From assembly GCA_965261395.1 (NCBI GenBank), contig OZ253462.1, forward strand, positions 2,080,001 through 2,144,000: a stretch of DNA of 64,000 nt. The letters are read 5' to 3'. The notes under the pieces were generated by a model. That model saw only the letters and a program-made list of their open reading frames with translations. It searched no databases and was not told the origin of the DNA. Made by a program: the position numbers and the translations under genes. Shown piece after piece: positions 9,755-19,836 of this stretch; within the stretch, counting starts at the first letter, position 1; the number at the start of each line of letters is the position of its first letter. Source of the DNA: Candidatus Latescibacterota bacterium. GTDB lineage: Bacteria; Latescibacterota; UBA2968; UBA8231.

Positions 9755-12661
9755 ATGGATCGCCGCGATTTTGAACTGCTGCGCGACGAAGAAATTCCCG
9801 AGCTCAATACCCGCGCCTTGCTCTACCGGCACCGCACCGGCTGCGAAATTGTCTCGCTGATCAACGACGACGAGAACAAGGTCTTTGGCATCAACTTCCG
9901 CACCCCACCGGCCGACTCGACCGGCATTGCCCACATCCTCGAACACTCCGTGTTGTGCGGCTCGCGCAAGTACCCGGTCAAGGAGCCGTTTGTCGAGCTG
10001 ATCAAAGGCTCGCTCAACACCTTCCTCAACGCCTTCACCTATCCAGATAAAACCTGCTACCCGGTCGCCAGCACCAATTTGCAGGATTTCTACAACCTGA
10101 TCGACGTGTATCTCGACGCCGTGTTCTACCCGCGGCTGACGCCAGAAGTCCTGCAACAAGAAGGCTGGCACTACGAGCTAGCAGACCCCAGCGACCCGCT
10201 GCGCTACAAGGGCGTGGTCTTCAACGAAATGAAAGGCGCGTATTCCGATCCCGAGCGGATCCTAGCCGAGCGCACCCAACAATCCATTTTCCCCGACACC
10301 ACCTACGGCGTGGATTCCGGCGGCGATCCGCGCGATATCCCGGCCCTCAGCTTTGACCAGTTCAAGCGCTTCCACGATGACTTTTACCACCCATCCAACG
10401 CCCGCATCTACTTCTACGGCGACGACGACCCCCAGCACCGCCTCGCGCTGTTGCACGACTATCTAAGCGACTACGAAGCGCATTCCGTTGACTCCACCAT
10501 CGGGATCCAGCCGCGCTTTACCGCACCCAAGCAGCAGCAATTTCCCTATGCGGTCGATCGGGACGCGGTCGAAGAGCCGAAGTGCTTTGTCTCGCTCACT
10601 TGGCTGTTGCAAGACGCGATTGACGCTGACGAGCGCCGTGCCTTGCAGGTGCTTGAACACGCACTGCTCGGCACCCCAGGTTCCCCGCTGCGCAAGGCCC
10701 TGATCGACTCCGGGCTAGGCGAGGATCTGACCGGCAGCGGGCTGGAGATCGAGTTGGCGCAGATGTTCTTCAGCGTGGGCCTGAAGGGCGTGCAACAGGG
10801 CGATGCCGATGCGGTCGAGGCCCTGATCTTGCAGCACCTCGGCGGCCTAGCGGACGGCGGGATCGACCAAGGGATGGTCGCGGCCTCGCTGCACACCGCG
10901 GAATTCCGGTTCCGGGAAAACAACACCGGGTCCTTTCCGCGCGGCTTGGGGCTGATGTTGCGGCTGTTGACCGACTGGCTCTACGACCGCGATCCCTTCA
11001 CGCCCTTGCGCTTTGCCGACTCATTCGCCGCGCTCAAGGCCAAGCTAGCGGCGGACGACCGTTATCTAGAGGAGCTAATCCAACGCCACCTCCTAGACAA
11101 CGAGCACCGCACGACCGTGGTCCTTCAGCCCGATGCCGAGTTGGGGACGCGGCTAGAGGAGGAAGAGACCGCGCGCTTAGCAGCGGCCCGTGCAAGCATG
11201 AATCACGCGGAGCTAGAGGAATTGGTCGCGGCCACCCAAAAGCTCAAGCACCTGCAAGAGCAACCCGACGCGCCCGAGGACTTAGCCAAATTGCCCCGCC
11301 TGCAATTGAGCGACCTCGACGCAGCGATCAAGACCGTGCCTCGGCAAGAGGACCAAATCGCCGGGGTGCCGGTGCTCCACCACGACCTCTTTACCAATGG
11401 CATCGCCTATCTCGACGTGGGCTGCGATCTGCGGGTGTTGCCCCAAGAGCTTTTGCCCTATATCCCGCTTTTTGGGCGCGCCCTGCTGGAGATGGGCACC
11501 AAACGCATGAACTTCGTCGAGCTGCACCAGCGGATCGGCAGCCAGACCGGCGGCCTGAGTGCCCATTCGCTGGTGAGCGCGCGCCCCGACGGTGGACCGG
11601 CCGCAACGTATCTCTTTTTGCGCGGCAAGGCCATGGTCGAACGGGTCTCAGACCTAACGGCGATTATGCGCGATGTGCTGTTAGAGGGCCGCCTCGACGA
11701 TCGCGAGCGCTTCTTGCAGATGGCCTTAGAAGAGCGGGCCAGCGCGGAGGGTGGGCTGGTGCCGGGCGGGCACCGAGTGGTATCCACGCGGCTGCGAGCG
11801 CAATTCGACGAGACCGGCTGGCTCGCAGAGCAGATGCGCGGCTTGAGCTATCTGTTTTTCTTGCGGCAACTCATCGAAGACATCCGCCGCGACTGGCCGG
11901 CGGTGCAGGCGCGGTTGGAGCAGATCCGCGCCCTGTTGGTCAACCGGCCGGGTATGCTGTGCAACGCGACCAGCGACGACCGCGCCGCGTGTGACCAGAG
12001 CCTAGCGGAGCTGTTGCGCGAGTTGCCCCAAGAGGCGCACTCGCCCGCGACGTGGACGCCGCACCTGACGGCGGCCGACGAGGGCCTGACCGTCCCCGCG
12101 CAAGTCAACTACGTGGGCAAGGCGGCCAACATCTTCGCACTCGGCTACGAATTGGACGGGTCGTCGGCCGTCATCACGCGCTACTTGGCCACGACTTGGC
12201 TCTGGGATCGGGTGCGGGTGCAAGGGGGGGCCTACGGGGCCTTGTGCTCCTTCGACCCATTTACCGGGGTGTTCACGTACGCATCTTACCGCGACCCCAA
12301 CTTGCTGGAGACGCTGCAAGTGTACGACCAGAGCGGATCCTTCTTGCGCGACTATCCGATCAGCAGCGACGAGCTGACCAAAGCCATCATCGGCACCATC
12401 GGCGATTTCGACTCCTACCAGCTCCCCGACGCCAAGGGCTACGCCTCGCTGATGCGCTACCTGACTGGCATCGACGACGACTATCGCCAGCAAATGCGCG
12501 ACCAAGTCTTGGGCACCAAAGCCGAGCACTTTGCGGATTTTGCCGCGGTGCTGGACCAAGTCGGCGCAACGGGGCGGGTCGCAGTGTTGGGGTCGGCGGA
12601 TGCGATTGCAGCGGCTTCGGCTGCGCGCGGGAACTGGCTGACGCCGGTCAAAGTGCTGTGA
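9755..12661 (+). CDS. M16C insulinase-family metallopeptidase (presequence protease-like)
   Basis: HILEH inverted zincin motif, GSRKYPVKEPF, NAFTYPDKTCYP, GVVFNEMKG, RVQGGAYG. Confidence 0.93.
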   Translation: MDRRDFELLRDEEIPELNTRALLYRHRTGCEIVSLINDDENKVFGINFRTPPADSTGIAHILEHSVLCGSRKYPVKEPFVELIKGSLNTFLNAFTYPDKTCYPVASTNLQDFYNLIDVYLDAVFYPRLTPEVLQQEGWHYELADPSDPLRYKGVVFNEMKGAYSDPERILAERTQQSIFPDTTYGVDSGGDPRDIPALSFDQFKRFHDDFYHPSNARIYFYGDDDPQHRLALLHDYLSDYEAHSVDSTIGIQPRFTAPKQQQFPYAVDRDAVEEPKCFVSLTWLLQDAIDADERRALQVLEHALLGTPGSPLRKALIDSGLGEDLTGSGLEIELAQMFFSVGLKGVQQGDADAVEALILQHLGGLADGGIDQGMVAASLHTAEFRFRENNTGSFPRGLGLMLRLLTDWLYDRDPFTPLRFADSFAALKAKLAADDRYLEELIQRHLLDNEHRTTVVLQPDAELGTRLEEEETARLAAARASMNHAELEELVAATQKLKHLQEQPDAPEDLAKLPRLQLSDLDAAIKTVPRQEDQIAGVPVLHHDLFTNGIAYLDVGCDLRVLPQELLPYIPLFGRALLEMGTKRMNFVELHQRIGSQTGGLSAHSLVSARPDGGPAATYLFLRGKAMVERVSDLTAIMRDVLLEGRLDDRERFLQMALEERASAEGGLVPGGHRVVSTRLRAQFDETGWLAEQMRGLSYLFFLRQLIEDIRRDWPAVQARLEQIRALLVNRPGMLCNATSDDRAACDQSLAELLRELPQEAHSPATWTPHLTAADEGLTVPAQVNYVGKAANIFALGYELDGSSAVITRYLATTWLWDRVRVQGGAYGALCSFDPFTGVFTYASYRDPNLLETLQVYDQSGSFLRDYPISSDELTKAIIGTIGDFDSYQLPDAKGYASLMRYLTGIDDDYRQQMRDQVLGTKAEHFADFAAVLDQVGATGRVAVLGSADAIAAASAARGNWLTPVKVL

Positions 12662-12708
12662 GAATCTCCTACCAGCAAAACGCGCTATACCGCAAAATTG
12701 TTTGCACG

Positions 12709-12736
12709 ACCGCCTAGGTAACTAGGCGGTTTTTTT
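12709..12736 (+). terminator. Intrinsic terminator
   Basis: ACCGCCTAG-GTAA-CTAGGCGGT followed by a T-run. Confidence 0.85.
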
Positions 12737-12838
12737 ATTTTTGCGGTTCACATAGTCGCGCTTTGTGGGTCATATAGGACAAACGCGCTACCGGCCGGCC
12801 GGAGCAACAACCCGCACTCTTCATTAAAGGAGGGCATC

Positions 12839-13693
12839 ATGCAACCCTTAGCCGTTCGTATCCTTTATGTCGTCCTGATCGCCGTCTATGGCGGCGTCTC
12901 CAGCGCAGCGGCCGTCGAGACCAAGTATCCGCACGGTGTCTTTGAGCCCCGCCTCGACAAACTCCAGGGCTTGCTTGCTCATATCCGCACCGTGGAGAAA
13001 ATCAAGGTCAAGGCCGGTCCCAAGTTGTGGCGGGCCGTTACGGCCATCCCCATCGCGACGGGCATCCCCATCATCCCTGAGCAAGAAGCCGACCTGCGCG
13101 ACTGGCTCTACGACTTCTTGGTCGCCTTTTCCGTCTCCGGTAATGACAGCCTCGCCGCCCAGTTTTACCTGCGCGAGGGCGTCAACAACCCCAGGGCCTT
13201 GAAGAATATGAAAGAGACCCTAGAGAAATGGGGAATCTCCAAAGGCGACACGCCCTTTGCTATCTTCCAAACCATGCACCGAACCGTACTCGACGACCAA
13301 GGCTATGACTACCGCTTTGGCAATGCCTTCTTTCGCCACAGCACGTTCAAGGTGTTCGAAATGCAGGGCCACTACGAGAGCTATCAGTCTTACCCGAGGA
13401 ACGCTGTCAAGCAGGGCCACTACGAGAGCCAGTCTTACCCGAGGGACGTTGTCAAGGCCAGGTTCAAATTGCAGAAAGAGGTTGACGGGGCGCTGCGAGC
13501 CGGTGAGAAGCGAGTCTTCACCGACATCGCGTTTGTCACCGAAGAGCCCGCCGAGTTCGCCGGGTCGGAAGGGCCGATATGCACGCCCTTCTTCTGTCGG
13601 CTGGTCTGGGATCCGGAGCGGTCGATGTGGCGCTTTGTAGAGGTCGTCTACAACTCCAAACAGCCGAATTCTTTTCTGTTTTCGGCCATATAA
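12839..13693 (+). CDS. Secreted hypothetical protein, first gene of an ECF sigma operon
   Basis: AAGGAGG RBS, signal peptide ending SSAAA, 284-aa ORF. Confidence 0.7.
   Translation: MQPLAVRILYVVLIAVYGGVSSAAAVETKYPHGVFEPRLDKLQGLLAHIRTVEKIKVKAGPKLWRAVTAIPIATGIPIIPEQEADLRDWLYDFLVAFSVSGNDSLAAQFYLREGVNNPRALKNMKETLEKWGISKGDTPFAIFQTMHRTVLDDQGYDYRFGNAFFRHSTFKVFEMQGHYESYQSYPRNAVKQGHYESQSYPRDVVKARFKLQKEVDGALRAGEKRVFTDIAFVTEEPAEFAGSEGPICTPFFCRLVWDPERSMWRFVEVVYNSKQPNSFLFSAI
13363..13455 (+). repeat. In-frame tandem duplication (48 + 45 bp)
   Basis: Encodes QGHYESYQSYPRNAVK / QGHYESQSYPRDVVK. Confidence 0.85.
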
Positions 13694-13708
13694 GGACTTG
13701 AGACTATT

Positions 13709-14257
13709 ATGACTTCTATAACGACGGCATTCAGACATCCATACGGGGAGGAAGTTTTGCACCGACCAGCCGACACAAGTGCCGAAGCGGTAGAGCACTA
13801 CGGACGCTTGGTACTCAAAGTAGCCTATAAGATCGTCGCCAATGCCGATGAAGCGCAGGAGGTCTTCCAGGAGACCTTCCTGCGCTTCCACACTGCCTGT
13901 GTGCGCGGCGAGATCATCGCCCACCCCAAGGCATGGCTTTGCCAAGTGGCAACTAACGCGGCCTTCAAAATCCGACGGTATCAACATCGGGCGATGCTTT
14001 GCGAAGATGAAGATATCGCAGTAGAGGCCGATGCCGACAAAGACGCCGAGCGCCGTTTGCTCGTGGACCGAGTGCGCGACTTGGCTGCCGAATTGCCCGA
14101 GCGCCAGCGCACAGTCTTCGCCCTGCGCAACTTCGAAGGCTGGCCCTTTGCCGAAATCGCCGCACGACTAGGATGCAGCGAGGAGTCGGCCAGAGCCAGC
14201 GAGTACAAAGCACTCAAAAAGATCCGCACCCATTTGGGTGCCGATTGCAAGGACTAA
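13709..14257 (+). CDS. ECF RNA polymerase sigma factor
   Basis: Region 2 DEAQEVFQETFLRF...AWLCQVATN; region 4 LPERQRTVFALRNFEGWPFAEIAARLG. Confidence 0.9.
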   Translation: MTSITTAFRHPYGEEVLHRPADTSAEAVEHYGRLVLKVAYKIVANADEAQEVFQETFLRFHTACVRGEIIAHPKAWLCQVATNAAFKIRRYQHRAMLCEDEDIAVEADADKDAERRLLVDRVRDLAAELPERQRTVFALRNFEGWPFAEIAARLGCSEESARASEYKALKKIRTHLGADCKD

Positions 14258-14262
14258 ACGCC

Positions 14263-15933
14263 ATGAACAGAGCCGAATTTGAAAGCAAACTGAGCGACTA
14301 CGTGCGCGGCGAGCTATCGGCCGCGGAAGCACGGCAGATCGAGACCTACTTGGCCGAGCACCCGGAAGCGGCCGACGACTTGGAGGCGGTGCGTTCCGTG
14401 CTGGAACTGAGTGCCGATATCGGCACCGCCGAGCCATCGGACATGCTCTTCGCAGCGGCCCGCGCCAGTGCGCTGGAGGCGATCCGTGCGGAGGAGGATG
14501 ACGAGCGTAAAACGCAGCGCATGGGATTTTGGCAGCGGCTACCGAGGCCGGTGTACCTGTCCGGGCTGGCCGCCATGCTAGCTGGAGTGATGTTCGGAGT
14601 GCTCTGGCAGGGGAGCACTCCGGCGTGGGCCGAGGTTGTAGCCGAGGTGCGTAAGCTGAACTCCGTGCGCGTAGAGGGCTGGTTTCGTGGGGAAAAGGGA
14701 GAACAGGTGCCAGTGAAGCAGTGGCTCAAGTCTCCGCACTCTTTCCGCTCTGAAGTAGGCACCGGCGCGGCACGGCGCGAAGTCGTGGTGACCGACGCGA
14801 AAATGCAGATTTACGTAGATGGCGTCTGGTATGGGAGAGACCTCGACGCGGAAGGCGCGTGGTCCATATATAAGCTCGCCGAGCAACTAGCGCTGCCCGA
14901 ACGCGGGAAACTAGAACTTCGGAGCTACCAGATCGAGCGCGAGGATCGGGGGGCGACGGTGCTTTTTTCAATCTGGCAACGCTCCTCGCTGGGGAGTAAG
15001 ACCCCGGCGGATATCCGCTATGAAGTCGAGGTAGATGCTCAGACGCGGTTGCCTAACCACTCCAGCGTTTATCTGGATGTGGGCCAAGAAGATTGGGAGT
15101 TGGTCAGCGAATTGAACTATCTCGACTACGACGTACCACTGGCGGATGATCTTTTCGCGGTCGCCGATGATGCGATCCAGCCATTGACCCTTTCGGCATC
15201 TGAGGCAAATCCGTTCGGTATGATGCTGGAACCATTTGTACCGTGGAATAAGGCGTTTTACATGCCCCTAGACGGCATGGATATCATCGTCCATCCTCCT
15301 TCGGATGATCCGAGCAAGGGCATCCAAGGCAATGCTTCTTCCACAGCAGGCGAGACCACGCGCAGAGAATTCCACCGCACCCCGCTGGCCGAAATCGTGC
15401 GGGCTGTCGGGGAAATGCCAGTGGAAACCTCAGAGCAGGAACTGGCCGAGCAGGGCTACTCCGTGCGGATTGCCTATAGCCATCGCCTAACGCCAACCGA
15501 GCGCGTCCAGCGCTTAGGACGCCGCTTTGGTTTTGTCGCTGAAGTGGAAGAGCGGCAAGGCACTAGGACGCGCTGGATTTTTACCCAAGATGGCTCCGAG
15601 TTTCCAACAAACTCGCAAGCGGGAGGGTCTCAGACCAATGGCAAAAACTACCACGCTACGGGGGATCTGCTCGGGTCTGCGATCCGGGGTATGCTCACAA
15701 ACGCCGCACTCAACGACCTCGTCGAAGGTTACAACCGAGATCTCGACGACATCGAGCTGCAATGGGACGGCGCAGCAGACGATCCCTTTGAGCGCCAAGT
15801 AGATATCGATGTCGATTTCTCCGATGGCTGGGACGTGGCTCTCGATTATTTGCGCGAGCAATTCGGGGTGAAGATGGAGCGCGTATCCGAGCCTATTACC
15901 TACGAGGTGTTGGTGCTGCGCCCGTCAAAGTAA
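14263..15933 (+). CDS. Transmembrane anti-sigma factor with large extracytoplasmic domain
   Basis: ZAS-like N-terminus LSDYVRGELSAAEARQIETYLAEHPEA (Cys residues absent), one TM, AWAEVVAEVRK motif; lies directly after the sigma gene. Confidence 0.75.
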   Translation: MNRAEFESKLSDYVRGELSAAEARQIETYLAEHPEAADDLEAVRSVLELSADIGTAEPSDMLFAAARASALEAIRAEEDDERKTQRMGFWQRLPRPVYLSGLAAMLAGVMFGVLWQGSTPAWAEVVAEVRKLNSVRVEGWFRGEKGEQVPVKQWLKSPHSFRSEVGTGAARREVVVTDAKMQIYVDGVWYGRDLDAEGAWSIYKLAEQLALPERGKLELRSYQIEREDRGATVLFSIWQRSSLGSKTPADIRYEVEVDAQTRLPNHSSVYLDVGQEDWELVSELNYLDYDVPLADDLFAVADDAIQPLTLSASEANPFGMMLEPFVPWNKAFYMPLDGMDIIVHPPSDDPSKGIQGNASSTAGETTRREFHRTPLAEIVRAVGEMPVETSEQELAEQGYSVRIAYSHRLTPTERVQRLGRRFGFVAEVEERQGTRTRWIFTQDGSEFPTNSQAGGSQTNGKNYHATGDLLGSAIRGMLTNAALNDLVEGYNRDLDDIELQWDGAADDPFERQVDIDVDFSDGWDVALDYLREQFGVKMERVSEPITYEVLVLRPSK

Positions 15934-16030
15934 ACGTTCATCGATGCTATCGCGGGCGTCCCATTCGCACGGGCCTTTATATAGTAGGGGTCGCGTATGC
16001 GAGTGGGACGCCCTTATTTATGCAACCATC

Positions 16031-17359
16031 ATGGCTTCTGTCCCGAACATCCTCTTCCTCCTGACCGACAACCAGCGCAATGACCTGCTCGGTTGCGCCG
16101 GCAATCCAATCATCCAAACCCCGAACATCGACCGGCTTGCCGCAAGCGGCGTCCGCTTCGCAAACGCATTCTGCACCAGTCCAATCTGCGCCGCCAGCCG
16201 GGCGAGCTATCTCACCGGCGTCTATGAAAGCCGCCACCGCTTCACCTTCCTCACACCACCCCTCCGACGCGCATTCACCGACAGCTCCTACCCAGCAGTT
16301 CTCAAAAAGGCCGGATACCGCACGGGGCTGATCGGCAAATTCGGCATTGCCGCAAAAGGAATCGACCCTTCCCTCGAAGACGAGGAAGCGATAGGAAAGA
16401 TGTTCGACGTGTTCGACAACTACGAACACTGGACCGCAGACGGGTATGAAATCAGGCAGCCGGACGGCAGGGTGCGCCACCTGACCGACATTACCGGCGA
16501 CAAAACAATCGACTTCCTCCGCACCCATCCCAGCCAGCCGTTTTGTCTCTCCGTCAGTTTCAACGCGCCGCACGCCCAGGACAACGATCCGCGCCACTAC
16601 ATCTGGCCAGCTGCTGAAGATCCGCTCTGCGCAGATGCGAAGATACCAGAGCCGTTCAACGCCCATCCCGACTTCTTCAGGCGACTGCCAAGATTCCTGC
16701 GCGAAACGGAAAGTCGCGTGCGATGGCAGGACCGCTATGCGACGCCTGAGGACTATCAGCGGAACATGCGCGGACTGTACCGGATGGTCAGCGGCGTCGA
16801 TCGCAACATCGGCAGGATTCTCGCGGCGTTGGATCAACTGTCGTTAGCGGCCGACACGGTCGTGATCTTCGCATCGGACCACGGGATGTACTACGGAGAT
16901 CGCGGGCTTAGCGACTGCTGGCAGTTGAACGAACAGGCAATTCGCATTCCCCTGATCGTCTTCGATCCGCGAGCTGACGAGGGCAGGGTCGTACGCGAAG
17001 AGATGGCCCTCAACATAGATGTCTCGCCAACCATCCTCGAATTGGCCGGTCTGCGTGCTGCGGACGGAATGCAGGGAAAATCCCTGGTCCCACTGTTAGG
17101 CAAAAAAGAAGTCGAATGGCGCAAGGCCTTCTTCTGCGAGCATCGGTTCGACCGCGCCGACATCCCCAAGAGCGAAGGCGTGCGCACGCAACAATGGAAA
17201 TACATTCGCTACTACGAGCAACAGCCCGTCTATGAGGAGCTGTACGACCTGCTCAAAGATCCTCACGAATCCTGCAATCTCGCAGAAGATCCCAAGTTCT
17301 CAGATCAGCTTGCACGGCTGGGACGACGATGCGACGCAATGAGCGTTGAATGCGCTTAG
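16031..17359 (+). CDS. Sulfatase
   Basis: PNILFLLTDNQR, CAASRASYLTG (CxAxR), GYRTGLIGK, SDHG. Confidence 0.92.
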   Translation: MASVPNILFLLTDNQRNDLLGCAGNPIIQTPNIDRLAASGVRFANAFCTSPICAASRASYLTGVYESRHRFTFLTPPLRRAFTDSSYPAVLKKAGYRTGLIGKFGIAAKGIDPSLEDEEAIGKMFDVFDNYEHWTADGYEIRQPDGRVRHLTDITGDKTIDFLRTHPSQPFCLSVSFNAPHAQDNDPRHYIWPAAEDPLCADAKIPEPFNAHPDFFRRLPRFLRETESRVRWQDRYATPEDYQRNMRGLYRMVSGVDRNIGRILAALDQLSLAADTVVIFASDHGMYYGDRGLSDCWQLNEQAIRIPLIVFDPRADEGRVVREEMALNIDVSPTILELAGLRAADGMQGKSLVPLLGKKEVEWRKAFFCEHRFDRADIPKSEGVRTQQWKYIRYYEQQPVYEELYDLLKDPHESCNLAEDPKFSDQLARLGRRCDAMSVECA

Positions 17360-17366
17360 TACCGGT

Positions 17367-18632
17367 TCACGCGCGCTCGTCTGTCAGGCGTTTGGCGTAC
17401 TCGCCGCGCGGGATGCGGAAGTAACCCTGAAAGCAGAGTACGCCCGCAGCCGTAATCACGGCACTGCTCCAAAACAACGCCCGATACCCCAGCGCGTTGA
17501 TCATCCAGCCGCCGCCGAGCGAAACGCCGGCGATGCTGATGCCGTAGGCCATGGTCAGCGCCGAACTCATGGTCACCCGCCAGCGCTCGGGGACCAGCTC
17601 CTGCTGAAAGACGATATAGACCGAGCGGCGGATCGAGCTGAGGGCGACTAAGGCCATACAGGCGACTCCGGCCACCGCCCAATGGGCGACCAACGCGAGG
17701 GGAACGAGGCACAGCACCATCGCCCCAGCACCCGCAGTAATCACCGGCACTCGGCCAAAACGCCGGCTGAGCGCAGGGGCGGCCAGCGCGGTACAGGCAG
17801 CCAAGAGCTGGCCGCCGGCAGTCAGGCTGCCGATCAGCGCAGTCGAGACCCCGAGACCGTCGTCCATGTACACATTAAAAAAGATGCGGAGGCTGTTTTC
17901 CGCAGCCATCTGTAGGAAGGTGACCAAGCCCAAGACGAGGATGATGGCCAGAGGAAAGGGCGTCGCTTCGCCGCGTTCCCTGGCGGGTGGCTTGTGCGGA
18001 CGGGAGCGAGTTGCGGCGATAGCGCCGGCGCTGATGAATAGCACACCGGCCGCCATCAGCAGCGGATAGCGATAGGGGGCCGGGTGATCTTCGGGCAAGT
18101 CGAGGAGCACGGAGAACAGGCTGGGCAGCAGACCACCGCACAGGCTACCGGCAAAACCCGCCAGCGGCCACAGCGCCACCTGAGTCGAGAACACGTGATT
18201 GCGCAGTCGCGGCGGACATATCAGGGTCAGAAAGGGTATCGAGCAGACGATGAAGAGCGTATTGCCGAGGACGCCGAGGGCATACGCTCCCATGACCCAA
18301 GCCAACTGCGCGGAGGTGGGAGCAAATTCGCCCAAGGGCAACAAGCCAAAACCTAGAGCGGCGATCACCATGCCGGCGATCATGCTCCGGCGCGCCCCCC
18401 AGCGGTTGGCCAACAGGCCCGCGGGCATACTCAAGAGGGCAAACGACAGCGCGCCGACGGCGTTGACCTGACCGATCAATTGGGGGCCGTAGCCTAGGCG
18501 CAAGAGGTAGAGATTGAGTAGAACGGTATAGACGCCGCCGAAGATCGTAAAGCCGATCAGAGCTTGGCTAAAGAGCACTAGGCGCACATCGCGGTTGAAA
18601 AGCGCAAGCGCCTCGCGGTGAGTGGAGACCAA
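17367..18632 (-). CDS. MFS transporter
   Basis: About 12 TM helices with GLLANRWGARR and ALSRRFGRV loop motifs. Confidence 0.85.
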   Translation of the reverse strand: MVSTHREALALFNRDVRLVLFSQALIGFTIFGGVYTVLLNLYLLRLGYGPQLIGQVNAVGALSFALLSMPAGLLANRWGARRSMIAGMVIAALGFGLLPLGEFAPTSAQLAWVMGAYALGVLGNTLFIVCSIPFLTLICPPRLRNHVFSTQVALWPLAGFAGSLCGGLLPSLFSVLLDLPEDHPAPYRYPLLMAAGVLFISAGAIAATRSRPHKPPARERGEATPFPLAIILVLGLVTFLQMAAENSLRIFFNVYMDDGLGVSTALIGSLTAGGQLLAACTALAAPALSRRFGRVPVITAGAGAMVLCLVPLALVAHWAVAGVACMALVALSSIRRSVYIVFQQELVPERWRVTMSSALTMAYGISIAGVSLGGGWMINALGYRALFWSSAVITAAGVLCFQGYFRIPRGEYAKRLTDERA

Positions 18633-18723
18633 TTTCTTTTTTGCTGGAACGGGGGATGGCAGTTATGTATTAGGAAAGTAAACCAACGGCTCGCGGCGAA
18701 AAAGGCCATGAAGCGGAGGTGGT

Positions 18724-19641
18724 ATGGCGCGTAGCGGAGTGTTCTGGTGTTTTTTGGTATGGGTACCGAGTGTCCTAGCCCAAGAGATAGTCCAGGTGCA
18801 GACGCCAGCGGGCACCATGCACGAGTTGGCCCGCGTCTCCGTCGGTTATTTTGCGATGGGATCGACTGAGGGACGGGCGGACGAACAGCCGGTCCACCAG
18901 GTCTATCTCGACGAATTCTACATCGATCGTTTTGAAGTGAACAACGACCAGTACGCCGCCTTTTTGGACGCTATCGGACGCAACACGGATGGAGAAGGGC
19001 ACCTGCTGCTCGATGTGCGCGACCTCGACGCGCAGATCCGCTACGGCGACGCGGGATACGCGCCGATCCCTGGTACCGAACAGCGGCCGGTCGCCGAGGT
19101 CTCGTGGTACGGTGCTCGTGCGTATTGCACTTGGGCCGGCATGCAGTTACCGACCGAGGCCATGTGGGAAAAGGCCGCTCGCGGCACCGACAGCCGCATC
19201 TATCCCTGGGGCAATTCCATTGACCGCAGCCGGGCCAATTACGGCAAGGAGGGCTGCTGCCGAGGCGACGACAGCGACGGCTATTTCAACTCGGCCCCGG
19301 TGGGCTCTTATCAGCGCGGGGTTTCTCCCTATGGGGCCCACGATATGGGGGGCAATGTTTGGGAGTGGGTGGTGGATTGGTACGGCGAAGATTACTACGC
19401 ACAAAGCCCCGAGCGCGATCCGCAAGGGACGGACGCCGGGATCAGCCGGGTGCTGCGGGGCGGGTCGATGAGCAGCGACCCGTATCGCCTGCGCACTACC
19501 GACCGCAGTGGGCTACCGCCTTCGGTGACCTATCTCATCGTCGGATTTCGCTGCGCCGCGCGCGCGCTTCCCGCCACGGCAGTGCAGTCCGCAAGTTGGG
19601 GACAAATCAAGCGCATGACGGAAGAGGGCGATGCGCGATGA
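18724..19641 (+). CDS. Secreted FGE-sulfatase/SUMF1-domain protein with C-terminal SWGQIK motif
   Basis: FAMGS, LPTEAMWEKAARG, DMGGNVWEWV, RVLRGGS, VGFRC; signal peptide; tail TAVQSASWGQIK. Confidence 0.85.
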   Translation: MARSGVFWCFLVWVPSVLAQEIVQVQTPAGTMHELARVSVGYFAMGSTEGRADEQPVHQVYLDEFYIDRFEVNNDQYAAFLDAIGRNTDGEGHLLLDVRDLDAQIRYGDAGYAPIPGTEQRPVAEVSWYGARAYCTWAGMQLPTEAMWEKAARGTDSRIYPWGNSIDRSRANYGKEGCCRGDDSDGYFNSAPVGSYQRGVSPYGAHDMGGNVWEWVVDWYGEDYYAQSPERDPQGTDAGISRVLRGGSMSSDPYRLRTTDRSGLPPSVTYLIVGFRCAARALPATAVQSASWGQIKRMTEEGDAR

Positions 19642-19655
19642 ACCCGCACAAATGC

Positions 19656-19693
19656 AAACAGCCCCTCAGCTTGTGCAAGCTAAGGGGCTGTTT
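19656..19693. terminator. Bidirectional hairpin terminator between convergent FGE gene and tRNA
   Basis: AAACAGCCCCTCAGCTTG-TG-CAAGCTAAGGGGCTGTTT. Confidence 0.75.
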
Positions 19694-19706
19694 ATTGTTT
19701 ATATTA

Positions 19707-19782
19707 TGGTGGCTCCTCGCGGAATCGAACCGCGGACACAGAGATTTTCAGTCTCCTGCTCTACCAACTGAGCTAAAGAGCC
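19707..19782 (-). tRNA. tRNA-Phe (GAA)
   Basis: 76 nt: GGCTCTTTAGCTCAGTTGGTAGAGCAGGAGACTGAAAATCTCTGTGTCCGCGGTTCGATTCCGCGAGGAGCCACCA, with GAA anticodon and encoded CCA. Confidence 0.97.
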
Positions 19783-19836
19783 ACCAGAAGAAGAGTAAAA
19801 TTAAAACCCCCTCATTCGCCTTGTCAAGGATGCGCC

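Noticed and set aside
18724-19641. True formylglycine-generating enzyme maturing the nearby sulfatase
   Set aside because: The catalytic Cys pair after RGGS is absent (RGGSMSSDPYRLR), so it is only an FGE-fold protein.
19707-19782. tRNA-Phe as the island integration site
   Set aside because: No integrase is adjacent, I saw no duplicated tRNA 3' end, and the flanking genes look like backbone.
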